From an uncultured virus (IMG/VR IMGVR_UViG_3300042874_000014) (Duplodnaviria > Heunggongvirae > Uroviricota > Caudoviricetes > Crassvirales): DNA of 64,000 nt. A program made the position numbers and the translations under genes. Where the stretch lies: IMG/VR virus record IMGVR_UViG_3300042874_000014; one strand, given 5' to 3'. Numbering within the stretch: the stretch's first letter is position 1; each line of letters starts with the position of its first letter. Shown piece after piece: positions 28,879-40,000 of this stretch. The notes beneath the pieces were generated by a model. It saw only the letters and a program-made list of their open reading frames with translations. It did no database searches and was not told the origin of the DNA.

Positions 28879-29289
28879 ATGAAAGATATAAACATACCTT
28901 ACGTAAAGACGTTTGATGCTTCGGGTACTATTACTAATCCTATTAAACGTTCATATATTAACATTTACCCTAATCGACAACAGCGACGTGCTCATTTGAA
29001 CGAACCTAGCGGTTTTAATAATAGAGGTAAGAAGAATAGTTTTACATTGCTCGGTAACGGTACAGCAATAGCTAAGTATAAACGAGTAGTTCAGCATATT
29101 ATTGTAACTACTGATAAAAGTTTACAAGCGATGGCTAAGAAGTTTACTCGTAACGCAGGTAATGTAATAGACGGTAACGTGGTACGTACTAAAATTAGGA
29201 CTATATATAATTATATATTGATGAACGATAGTGGTAAACGTGATAGACAAAATAAACAAGATAATTGTAAGGATAGCAACGGAATTTAA
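28879..29289 (+). CDS. hypothetical basic protein
   Basis: 136-aa ORF, last of the plus-strand arm. Confidence 0.65.
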   Translation: MKDINIPYVKTFDASGTITNPIKRSYINIYPNRQQRRAHLNEPSGFNNRGKKNSFTLLGNGTAIAKYKRVVQHIIVTTDKSLQAMAKKFTRNAGNVIDGNVVRTKIRTIYNYILMNDSGKRDRQNKQDNCKDSNGI

Positions 29290-29425
29290 TATAACGTATA
29301 AGTAAATTATTCTTATTTAGATTAGTGAAATTTATGTTAATTATTTTGTTTAATATTAGATTACCTAATTGAAATTATCTTTAAATCTGGCTATATGCCG
29401 TGCAGCGTAATGATAGATTTTAGCT

Positions 29426-29470
29426 AAAAAACAAAGTCCGATTAAGTTTCAACCTAATCGGACTTTTTAA
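29426..29470. terminator. bidirectional terminator between convergent arms
   Basis: aaagtccgatta/taatcggacttt stem flanked by A and T runs. Confidence 0.8.
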
Positions 29471-29498
29471 TTATTTACTATATGGCTAACTACATACT

Positions 29499-32400
29499 TT
29501 AATGTAATTTATAGAATGTATTATTATCTGGTAAATTCATGAATCGTCTATAATGTACTTCCAGCGGTGTCATTTTATATCTTAGTACATTTAATTTAAG
29601 TTCTTTACTATGGATACCACCTTTGTAATAATTAGCTTTGTCATTACCGTTTAACGAGTTTATAGGGAACATTATTAAAGCTTCACCGAATCTATAAACT
29701 AAATCTACTGTTGTCCAACCTGACATAGGAGCTTTCATAAACTTAGCACCTTCGTTGAACCAACCCATCGGAGTATAAGCCATTAATTCACTCTTTAAAG
29801 CATCTACTTGATATATTAAGAAGTTATAAGCTAAACTTTCTTGTAATGCTTCCTCGTCGTCGTCTAAATTCTTTAACATTGCTAATACCGCATACGCTGC
29901 TGCAATAGCTAAAAACTCATATGCTGTTCTACGTACATCGGCTTTATCGTATTCACTTAGTAAATTCCAATGAAGACCTATGTTAGATAAATATTCACGT
30001 TGTGTTGCTAAAGCTGTTTTAATATACTCACGTTTAGATTGTGATTCTCTACCTAATCTATCATGTACATAATCTTTACCTAAGCCTGATGTTAAAAAAC
30101 TAGCTGTAACTTTCCACGAACCTTTATCCCATTCATCACGTCTAACGTTATAGAAAGCTTTTACATTAAATCCTCCTCTAGTACCCATTCGTTTAGTCCA
30201 ACCACTACGTACCCAATGTCTAAACTGCATTAGCATTTGACCTAACATCTCATGCTCTATTGCACCTTTATCCTCAGGGTTATAGATACCGTGTATTTTA
30301 TGGTTTACACCTCTAATTTTAGTAATCAGTTCACCGAAAGTTGTAGTAGTTAAATCAGAATCTTGTTTTATACTAAGGAATCCATTATTTAATTCAAATT
30401 GACTATATACAGTTGGGGCAGCTTCAAATACAGCTTCTGCGTTCTTACGTGCTATTTCATTTTTTTCCGCTAACTGTTTCGCAATGTCTTTATTCTTAGA
30501 AGTGATAACTCCTTTAACTGATTCTCTTACTGATTCAAGATATTGTTTTTTAGAATATACCTTACCATCTATAACACGATGTGATTCTAACATTGCGAAT
30601 AATGTTGAGTTCTGCATTAAGTATTCACCTGCTTGCTGTCCTAGATAACCAACATTGAATAAATCTTTAACTCTATCTTTCCCTATATCTAACAATGTTT
30701 TATCTACGATAGTGCCATCTACCAATGAAGATGATTCAGTACCTCGTTCCATAGCGTCATATAATATATTACCTACGGCTACCATTGCTGATTCTATATT
30801 ACTAAAACCTAATTCGGGTTTGCTCATATTACCTGTAATACTATTTGCTACTCTTGCTTGGGCTACTGCTAACCCGTGTATGTTAAAGTGCATAGCACCA
30901 CCGGCTTCAACAGCTGTCATTATACCACCATATACAACGTTCTTAACAGCACTGAATGGATTCCACGCCATACCTCTGTATGAAGTATATGTTCTAATAA
31001 CCTTTAAAGCTTTATCGTATTTTCCCTCGTCTAGGAATTGTTCTGCAAATACCATTCTGTATTCATCTTGTATTCGTTTAGCCAATCTACTCTCTTTACC
31101 TGATATTGTCTCAGGTGATGCTGGTCGTAGTTTAGTCTTAGTTGTTCTGTCTAATACTTGTTTCACCATACCTTTATCTCGTGTTATGTTTTCTAGGTTA
31201 CGTATGAAAGATAGTAATAATCTTATTTCAGGGTGCATTTCAGATTTCATCTTATAGTTTAGACCCGCTTCTATGAATTTAGGCATACTTAATAATAAGT
31301 CTTTACTAACTGCCGAAGCGTGCATTTCACTGTTAGCTTTACGTATCTCGTTATTCTTGTCTCGAATAGCATCATACATATTATCTAAATCAGTTTCTAA
31401 ACCAAAGTTAAGATTAACATGTTCAAGTAGTCTATTATTATATTCATCGAATGTTTCATTTTTTAATTTATCTAAAGGTTTTATAGTAGGTTTCTGATTT
31501 ATCTTAGATGAATTTCTAAATAACACATCATATACTATTTGCCCCTCTACGTCAGTCTTTATAGTCTTCTCTACTTTATTATCACCTTCTATCTTTACTG
31601 TTGATTCACTTGGTATAAATTGCTGTTCAGTGAATGAGCTTTCGTATGTACCGACAGTGCTTCTATATAAATCTTTAAGGTATGTTAAATATTCTTTTTC
31701 TTCTTGTGTTAGCTTTTTAAACTTATCGTTTTCAAACTTACCTGACTTAGGTACTGGTACACCACCGTGTGAAACTCTATGATTTTTATTTATATACTTC
31801 GGATTAATACCTGTGTTAATACGATAGTTCATTTTAGCTTGTGTATATTTAGCAGTCTTATCTTTAGGTAGCATTACTGTCCATATATCAAGAGGTTGCC
31901 ATCTACCGAAATCATTCTGATGGTGATTGTTAGTGTACCATTCGTCATACTCGTCAGCTGATAGTTTTTTAGCTTCGGTTAAAGCATTATAATAATATTC
32001 AGTAGGTGTATGTTCTACCATATCGTAAAACGCAGTAATAGCTTTTTTCAAATGGGACGGTAAGCCTTTATGACCACTAGGTGCAGTACCATGTTGTTCA
32101 ATCAAGTCTAGTATTGTTTCTAAACTAGCTCCTGCGGCTATGGCTTCTACTACGGGTTCGCTTGCATCACCAAATTCTTTACCGAAACTATAATTAGATA
32201 ATCTGCTAGCTCGTTTTGATAATTCTATTTCATCTTTTGACATACGTGTAGGGTCTAACATACCAGTATAATCATAATAGTTAGCTAATCTATTTTTTAA
32301 TAACTTACGAACTTCTTTTCGTATATTGTTCTTAGCGTAGTTTTTAAATATCTCGTCTATCTTTGCCCAAAAAGCATCATTGCCCTCACTGTTTCTACTC

Positions 32401-34862
32401 ATGAATTTATTATACTCTTCTTCCGATTTGGCTTTAGCTTTAATAGCATCTGCCCAGAATATACCGCTAGTGTTTGACTTATTTATAGTAGCTACCTTTT
32501 CGTAATAATTTGCTACAACTTTGTCATTAGCTATTAAATTGTTACGTTCTCTACGTATAAGTTCTAAGGCTTTCTTATCTGTTTGCGATATATTATTAAA
32601 ATCGAAATTACTAGAATACTTATCGTATATCACACTACTTCGTTCACTTAATTCATGAACTAGGTCTCGTTGCTCAGGACTCAATGTATTAAATATCATA
32701 TAATACTCTTCTGTAAATTCTGTTTCTAAGTGTTTAGCTTTCCACATTGCGAACTCATTAGATTTCTCATTATATTTATTAGAACCTACTCTTAATAACG
32801 ATAGCTCTAATACATACTCTTCATACGTATCTAAATATTCATAGTTAAACTCATCTATCAATCGACCTTGCTCATCTATAAGCTTACTGAAAAAAGCAAT
32901 TCGGTCGTTAGCTGACATACCTAGTGTAACAAATTTTGAACTTCTATTTACAAAATCTGATGTAATAGTTTGACCTATTAGTCTAACACTATTTAGTTTA
33001 TCATGCCTACGCTTAGTTATCAATGTTGCTAAATAGTTATCAATATCCATAAGAGCATCAAAGTTACCTTGTGTTGAATTTATATCTTTTATAGCATCAA
33101 TATAAGTTTTAGAATCTTCTACTTCAATACCCTTAGCTCGTAATGATTCAAGAACTACATCGAAGTATTTATACATTAAGCTATTATATAATTGCTCATT
33201 GGCTACAAACTTATCTGATTCTTCTTTAATGTTCTGTATTAAGTCTAATGTAGCTCTCTCTATATCAGTCTTGTTAGGGATATTTGATGTAAAGTCTACT
33301 AATTCTTTATTCGCTTTTACGTTTGCTAAAAACAATCGAATATTATTTAATTTATTTGTCAAATCTATTCTATCAGAATCAGTAAACTCATTATTATCTT
33401 TGTTTAAATAGTTATTTTGTAAATCGACCAATAAGTTAGCTATCTGTAAATTCGTTGAGCTATCGTGTGCCGCTATTTCAATCAAAGCATCATATAGATT
33501 CTTTTCATTATTAGATTCTTCATAAGCTACTAATAGCTTTTCAACTATATTTCGGGTATGGGTTGTTGATTCTTTAAAGGCTTTAGCTTTGTTATGATTG
33601 CCGTACTCTTCGATAAAAGCATTTAGTTTGATTACTTTTCTATGTATAAATTCTTGTAGCGACTTTAAAGCGTTGGTTCGGTTTATAGTAGATATTTGGC
33701 TGTTACTGTTTGCAATAGCTCGTTTTATCTTAGATATTGCAGACGTATCATTAAATAAGTACTGTATGATTTTAGTCAAATCTGTTTCAGTTGCTTTATT
33801 TATCCTAGCCACTACTTTCCTTTTCCATGCTAAGAAAGCATCATAGCCGGGATATGTACCAGTTGAACTCTTATTAAATTCATTCTTTAAATCTCTACTA
33901 TTAAAAGCTATTGATAGTAATTCCATTAACAATAGTTCAGGATTATCAGTATCAATATTTGTTAAAGCTTCTTTAAATAAAGGTGCTTCTTTAAATAGTA
34001 TATTAACACCCTCTTCAAATAATTCATCAAACGATAAACCTAATTTAGCACTAGCTGCTCGTAGTAAGAGCATAGTAGAGGCACCAGTGTTATTTATACC
34101 ATGCTTTGAATCATATACTAATCTTGGATTAATCATAGTATTACCGTTATCCTTATCTATTACGAATGTTGTATTTTGAGTAGGGTCGATACTATAATTA
34201 AACGAAACATTCCCGTGAGTTAATGCTTCGGCTATATCCGATTGTAATTTATTCTGGGCTAGTATAGCTTTTGATGAACTACTTAATGGGTCATTTACAG
34301 GCATACCGAACTCGTCTAGTTCTACGTTAAGTCCTGCACCATCTGTTATATCTGAACCTGAAAGTTCAAATGGTTCTTGCATTACTAAGTTACCGTTAGC
34401 ATCGAATAAATCAGGTTCTAGTTCAACAACTGGAACACCTATAAGCTTATATAGTTTCTTCTGTACAGGCATAGCTTGAATTATGTTTTCTCGCTTATCT
34501 ACCATTAGTGTATCATTAGTTTTACTATTATCGAAATTGGTATCGTAAACAAATACAGCAACGTACTTACTTTCCTCACCTACGGGGGGATTTAAGACTA
34601 CCTCCACATCTTCGTATTTAGTATTGTCTTTATTATGCAACCAGTATAACAATGGCTCATTTCTATCATTTACTACTTTAGATGTAGTACTAGCATCTGG
34701 CTCATTTACCCAATCACCAAACTTAGCACGAAATGATAATTGTTGTGTATTAAGAAATATATTAACTGCATCACTATCGTTAAAATTATTAACTTTAAGT
34801 GATTTAAAAAGATGGCTCACATTACCCGAGCCATCTTTTACTGAACTTTTACATACGCCCAT
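29499..34862 (-). CDS. large virion-ejected polyvalent protein
   Basis: 1787 aa; N-terminal F.AKFGDW...SKVV...EPLL motif; C-terminal HG.Y...D, G.M.MQFR.W and a hydrophobic helix, as in crAss ejection proteins. Confidence 0.75.
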   Translation of the reverse strand: MGVCKSSVKDGSGNVSHLFKSLKVNNFNDSDAVNIFLNTQQLSFRAKFGDWVNEPDASTTSKVVNDRNEPLLYWLHNKDNTKYEDVEVVLNPPVGEESKYVAVFVYDTNFDNSKTNDTLMVDKRENIIQAMPVQKKLYKLIGVPVVELEPDLFDANGNLVMQEPFELSGSDITDGAGLNVELDEFGMPVNDPLSSSSKAILAQNKLQSDIAEALTHGNVSFNYSIDPTQNTTFVIDKDNGNTMINPRLVYDSKHGINNTGASTMLLLRAASAKLGLSFDELFEEGVNILFKEAPLFKEALTNIDTDNPELLLMELLSIAFNSRDLKNEFNKSSTGTYPGYDAFLAWKRKVVARINKATETDLTKIIQYLFNDTSAISKIKRAIANSNSQISTINRTNALKSLQEFIHRKVIKLNAFIEEYGNHNKAKAFKESTTHTRNIVEKLLVAYEESNNEKNLYDALIEIAAHDSSTNLQIANLLVDLQNNYLNKDNNEFTDSDRIDLTNKLNNIRLFLANVKANKELVDFTSNIPNKTDIERATLDLIQNIKEESDKFVANEQLYNSLMYKYFDVVLESLRAKGIEVEDSKTYIDAIKDINSTQGNFDALMDIDNYLATLITKRRHDKLNSVRLIGQTITSDFVNRSSKFVTLGMSANDRIAFFSKLIDEQGRLIDEFNYEYLDTYEEYVLELSLLRVGSNKYNEKSNEFAMWKAKHLETEFTEEYYMIFNTLSPEQRDLVHELSERSSVIYDKYSSNFDFNNISQTDKKALELIRRERNNLIANDKVVANYYEKVATINKSNTSGIFWADAIKAKAKSEEEYNKFMSRNSEGNDAFWAKIDEIFKNYAKNNIRKEVRKLLKNRLANYYDYTGMLDPTRMSKDEIELSKRASRLSNYSFGKEFGDASEPVVEAIAAGASLETILDLIEQHGTAPSGHKGLPSHLKKAITAFYDMVEHTPTEYYYNALTEAKKLSADEYDEWYTNNHHQNDFGRWQPLDIWTVMLPKDKTAKYTQAKMNYRINTGINPKYINKNHRVSHGGVPVPKSGKFENDKFKKLTQEEKEYLTYLKDLYRSTVGTYESSFTEQQFIPSESTVKIEGDNKVEKTIKTDVEGQIVYDVLFRNSSKINQKPTIKPLDKLKNETFDEYNNRLLEHVNLNFGLETDLDNMYDAIRDKNNEIRKANSEMHASAVSKDLLLSMPKFIEAGLNYKMKSEMHPEIRLLLSFIRNLENITRDKGMVKQVLDRTTKTKLRPASPETISGKESRLAKRIQDEYRMVFAEQFLDEGKYDKALKVIRTYTSYRGMAWNPFSAVKNVVYGGIMTAVEAGGAMHFNIHGLAVAQARVANSITGNMSKPELGFSNIESAMVAVGNILYDAMERGTESSSLVDGTIVDKTLLDIGKDRVKDLFNVGYLGQQAGEYLMQNSTLFAMLESHRVIDGKVYSKKQYLESVRESVKGVITSKNKDIAKQLAEKNEIARKNAEAVFEAAPTVYSQFELNNGFLSIKQDSDLTTTTFGELITKIRGVNHKIHGIYNPEDKGAIEHEMLGQMLMQFRHWVRSGWTKRMGTRGGFNVKAFYNVRRDEWDKGSWKVTASFLTSGLGKDYVHDRLGRESQSKREYIKTALATQREYLSNIGLHWNLLSEYDKADVRRTAYEFLAIAAAYAVLAMLKNLDDDEEALQESLAYNFLIYQVDALKSELMAYTPMGWFNEGAKFMKAPMSGWTTVDLVYRFGEALIMFPINSLNGNDKANYYKGGIHSKELKLNVLRYKMTPLEVHYRRFMNLPDNNTFYKLH
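34565..34594 (-). repeat. dispersed CCCCCGTA motif, copy 8 (inside CDS)
   Basis: cttactttcctcacctacggggggattta. Confidence 0.85.
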
Positions 34863-34866
34863 TATA

Positions 34867-37014
34867 TTAACATTTATTTGTTATAGAATTACTACTTAAC
34901 GCTAAGTTAAACTTTAACTTTCCTTGCTCTATTGTGATTTTACTATCACTTGCTTTATAATCGCCTGTATCCTCACTTTCGAATAACGCTTGGGCTAGTT
35001 TCTTATGTGTTTCACTAACGTTTAGATTAGTTAGTTTTACACCTATTTCTGTTGTAGTAGCATCGCTTAATGTTGGGTCAGCCACTAGATAATCTTTATA
35101 ATCTTCACCTTTTGCAATCATAGCTTTATCGTTTTTCAGTAATACTACTTGTTCTACTTTATAGAATCTCATAACGTTATTTAAGTCAGGTGCTTTAACT
35201 ACTTTAGAATTTCGTATTAGCTTGTTTAATTTATATAGCTGTTTACTATTTAGTATAAGTGTTTCATCATCTTTCAGCTCTATCGTTAAACCTGCGTTAT
35301 TAGCGAATTTTAAATTATTGTCTATAACATAGTTTTTAATTAATTCGATTGTTGGATTTTCAATAGGGTCTACGTTATATTTTATAAATTCATTCTCGAC
35401 TAATTGTAAACCCGATTGAATATTGAATACGGGATTAGTTAATATTTCATATGGTATAATATCTATAAATGAACCTACTCGGTTACTTAAACCGCTTGTT
35501 ATAAAATTATAACGTACTAAGTTTATAGCAAGTTGTTTTAAAAAGACATCATCACTATTGTATAAAGTCATAAATGATTTATTTAATTCTGCTTTTAAAT
35601 CAGGATTCTTACTATCGAATTTAAAATCTATTTTATGAAATCCGTTATTCATTACACGGCTAGCGTCTGTAACAGGTCTTAAATAATATAGTATGTTACT
35701 GTCATTTGCTAATCCTTTATATTTAGATTTAATATATAATAACTGATTAGCTACTGATAGTTTACTATATGCATCAAAGCCTATCTTAGTTATACGTTTA
35801 ATATCAGAATCTGTACCTAGTAATCTATTTTCAGTATGCTCATTCATATTCAATAGTGTTTTACTATTACCGTATCGTAATGCAAAATTGTTTATTCCGT
35901 TTAATGTAGCTTTATATACATCTTCATGTCTAGCTTTAGGTATATTGTAGAAACTATTAATAGTTCCTATAATCTCTGAAAAACCTTTATTTGATTCAGT
36001 ATATACAAATGTATCTTTAAATAGTGTTTTAAATCGTAATACACCTTCTAATAAATAAGTATTAAGTAAAGGATATGCACTAGGTGTAGTACCTAATTTT
36101 ATAGTTTTAGGTTCATTTGATTCTGTTTTATTAGCTGTATTATTATCACTTACGATAATATCTTTATTTTTAATATTATCTTTATTATCTACTGCTTTAT
36201 TGTCTAATTCTTTATTAACTTTAAACACTTCTTCGATAGCTTTTGCACCAGCGTCGCTTAATCCTTGTGTACCAACACCTGCAAATCGTTTAGATAACAC
36301 GGGTACGGTTGTTTCTACAAACGATGTATTTTCCCATTTAAACCATTTTTCTTCAAATTGGTCAAATACGTACACTGGTTTATTTGTAGCAATAGCCATT
36401 TGAACAGCATATCCAGTACCGCCTGCAACTATCTCTTTACCTGATTTATTAACAAATCCCTTACTGTCTTTCTCATTAGGTGTAACTATTTCACCGACAG
36501 CTACTACCATATCAGCATTCTTAACTTGTAGATAGTTACGTCTCATTAATCGACCTGCTTCACTATTACTGTCTAGTACTGGACGTTTTAATGTATTCGC
36601 TGCATTAGTATAAGCGTTTTCTATTTCGTTTAATTCGGCTTTATCTAATTTATCTAAATGTTCAGGTCTATATGCTGTAACTGTACCTATACCGTTTAGA
36701 TTAGCGTGGTATTGCCATTTAGTATCAGAACCTTTAGCTCCACCTGATGTCATAGTTCTATCAGGATTAGTTAATTTAATGTCAGGATTAGTTGACGTAG
36801 ATTTATTAAATATTTGATATTCTATTTTATCGTTAATTATAGCACTTATTGCTTTATCTTCTAAATCGCTTAATAATTCACTTACTTGTTTACTTGTAAA
36901 ATTAAGTGATTTTAAATAATTTGAAAACTTAAGTTTATTCTCACTCAATATTTCTTCTTGTAATAACTCAATACTATCGTATCTCTTTCCGTTATATGTC
37001 GGTAAACAACTCAT
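34867..37014 (-). CDS. SLOG-domain polyvalent protein with possible vRNAP C-terminal-like region
   Basis: SGGAKGSD...RRNY.QV..AD...GGTGYAVQMA....KPVYVFDQ...FAGVGT (SLOG-like); LVRYNFITSG....SFIDIIP. Confidence 0.7.
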   Translation of the reverse strand: MSCLPTYNGKRYDSIELLQEEILSENKLKFSNYLKSLNFTSKQVSELLSDLEDKAISAIINDKIEYQIFNKSTSTNPDIKLTNPDRTMTSGGAKGSDTKWQYHANLNGIGTVTAYRPEHLDKLDKAELNEIENAYTNAANTLKRPVLDSNSEAGRLMRRNYLQVKNADMVVAVGEIVTPNEKDSKGFVNKSGKEIVAGGTGYAVQMAIATNKPVYVFDQFEEKWFKWENTSFVETTVPVLSKRFAGVGTQGLSDAGAKAIEEVFKVNKELDNKAVDNKDNIKNKDIIVSDNNTANKTESNEPKTIKLGTTPSAYPLLNTYLLEGVLRFKTLFKDTFVYTESNKGFSEIIGTINSFYNIPKARHEDVYKATLNGINNFALRYGNSKTLLNMNEHTENRLLGTDSDIKRITKIGFDAYSKLSVANQLLYIKSKYKGLANDSNILYYLRPVTDASRVMNNGFHKIDFKFDSKNPDLKAELNKSFMTLYNSDDVFLKQLAINLVRYNFITSGLSNRVGSFIDIIPYEILTNPVFNIQSGLQLVENEFIKYNVDPIENPTIELIKNYVIDNNLKFANNAGLTIELKDDETLILNSKQLYKLNKLIRNSKVVKAPDLNNVMRFYKVEQVVLLKNDKAMIAKGEDYKDYLVADPTLSDATTTEIGVKLTNLNVSETHKKLAQALFESEDTGDYKASDSKITIEQGKLKFNLALSSNSITNKC

Positions 37015-40000
37015 TATTTCTTAGTTTTAGTAAAGTTTTTATTATTATTTGATTTAGATTTAAGCTTTTCTTTTAGTTTTTCAAAATGAACATCTATATT
37101 ATTCATTGTATTATTTTTACTTCGTAATCCGTTGTTCTCTACTTGCTTATACATAAAGTTAGCGTCTGTAACTTTTTTAACTTGCTGTGCGTGCTCTATC
37201 AAAATAGTATTAAGGTTATATACAGCACGTGCTAGATTATCCTCATCTACTTTATATAACTCCTTATCGTCCATAATAGTTTGAACATTTCCTAAATTAT
37301 CTTCACCTAATATATCAAGTAAATAGTTAATCTTACGCCTACTATCCCTGTTGTTATAAGTTTTGTTAATTTCATCACTAGCATTACGCTGTAATAGTGT
37401 CTGTACTACATCAGGGTTGTCTAATAAATATTTAGTTAAATCCGATTCACTAACTTTACCGTTAGTGTTAGGCATACCTGGTACGCCACCTAACAGATTC
37501 ATAGATGATTCGTTTAATAACTTTTCATCTACATCGTCTCCCGGCATCATATCAAAAGGGTCTAATAGTGATATACCTGCAACTAATCCGCCTGCGACAC
37601 CCACTGCGGCACTACCAGCCATAAGCTGCACTCTGGTATCGTAATACTTATCTTGCAATTTAACCATATCATGTACTGCATTATTTAAATCTCTTAGTCT
37701 TTGTCTATAAACTTGTAATTCGCCATTAATTGTTTTAAAGTTTTCTTCTAATACTTTGTTTTCAGCTTTTAGTTTTATTAACTGCTCATTAGTTGCTGAT
37801 TCTTGTTCTACTTTATTCGCAATCATCTTATCAATAATAGCTTGTTTATTACTTTCTAAATTATCAAAACTCTTTTTAGCTTTAGCTATACGTATATCCA
37901 ATGTTGCGGAATTTGCTTTAATATAGCCCTCTAATGTTTTAAAATCATCATCGTTTGTTCGTGATTTATACTTATGGCCACTACTATTTCTATACTTAAA
38001 ATAATATAGTTTCCGTTCTAACTCATCTTTAGTTAAACCTTTTGTTTTGAATGACATATTCTCATTATATATAGCCATCTCGTTTGTTCTTTGAGAACGA
38101 GACCTTATACCTTTACCCCCCTCTGTTTCTCTAGCTAATTTAAACTCCTCTATCTTCCTATCTATCTTACCTGCTATTGATGCGTAAGTACTATTACCGT
38201 AGTCATCTGTTGATATTATTCTTATACCAGTTCTTTCAGTAAATTCATCAAAAGCTTTACCTGTATCGTCATTAGCTAGAAAAGCTTTACCGAAATCTTT
38301 ACCACATCTCATCTTTTGTACTTTATCCTCCGGTATATTATACTTTCTTGCTATATCTTGTACTATCTCCAAGTCCTCAGGACTTAGTTCGGCCAGTCCG
38401 TCGGTTTGTCTTTTTATCTCCTCCATCATTGTGAATGGGTCTGTATCGCTATGTTTTAATTTCAATTGTAGATTAGCATATACATCACCGTGTTTACTAT
38501 TACCTGTTTTAACGGCGTTTAATCCAGAGACATCTCTTAGTTGTCCTCCTTTGTTAGTACGTAGTTTCCAATGTCCGTATAATGAATCATCTAACCATTT
38601 AGCTATATTCTTATCTGAATCTAACCCTCTACTTATACCAGTATTCTTGACATACCATTCGTTCATAAGTAATTGCATTCTTTCGTCATCGTCTACTATC
38701 TTACTCAAATATGGCTCTTTTAAATCATATTTCATTTCTCGGATTAGTTTAATTTTGGATTCTTTACTCATAGCCTTAAAGTTAAAGTTAGGTGCTAACT
38801 TTACCTCTGACCCGAATAAACCTTGTGCGTGTTTTAGTTGAGCTTTCCTCATAAAGGCTTTATCGGTATTAGCAATCATATTAAATATTTTAAAGCCGTG
38901 CTTAGGCGTATCAGATATAAAGTAATCCATTGCGGTCTTTAATACAGTATCGGTCTTATCTAAGAGCTCCTTAGCTGTATATGGTATAACTATTTCTTTA
39001 TTGTTTTTAATAGCGTATTCAGCGGCTGCAAAATAAGCATCTGGGTCAAGCTGTCTAAATAACTCATTAGCTATATGACCTTGAGCTTTACCTGTTTTTT
39101 TATTACTTTGTATTATTACAAAATCTAGCTCACCTTGTTCACCAAATTCAGGATTAATAGTATGCTTCTTAGAGAATGTAGTATCTTGCACGTGTTTTAG
39201 TTTATTAGCTACATTCTTATCGTAATCAGCTTGTGTTATTAAAAAGTCTAAGTCGTGGGTAGTATGGTTTAATTTACCATCTATCACGAGAGCACTAGAA
39301 CCAAATGCTTTACCACCAGTCATATCTTCTACCATATTTTTATTCCCACTTACTGTTTTTAAATATTTAGTCTCCATGTGCATTTCATCAACTACGTTCT
39401 CTGCGTACTCACCCTCTCTACTCAATGTTGTCTCAGTAGTAGGTTTAACCGTATTCTTAAAGTGTACTTCTTCGCCAGTAGCATAATCTATTATCATAGC
39501 TGGTTTATTCGCATCGTTAGAACTATTAATTATAATTTTATCACCCTCTACTCTCATTGCTTCGTTTATTATTTTACCATCACGTGCGTTTGTAAAAATA
39601 CCTTGTTCGTATCTAGGTTTTGTACGTTTATTCTCAGTCGTATTATCTCTTATATTGTCCCTTTTATTTAAACGTTGGTCCATATCTCGAATAGCTCTAA
39701 ATTTTATAGCAGCTTGTTCATCACTAATGCTGTTTTTATTATCTATTAATAGCCTATATGTATCATTAGCAGTAACATCTAAGTTACCCATCTCCTTTAT
39801 TGTTTTTGAATGTTCAGCTTCAGCAAGTGCTATTTTATTATCAATACGACTAGGTATTGCTATATCTAATGCTTTATTTGCCGTTTCTGAAATAGTATTA
39901 TCTAGTTTACGTAATCCCGGTACGGCATTATTAGCCATTGCTCTTAACGTTTGTAACTTAGATGCTTTACTTAAACCCTCGACTGATTTATAAGCCTCGC

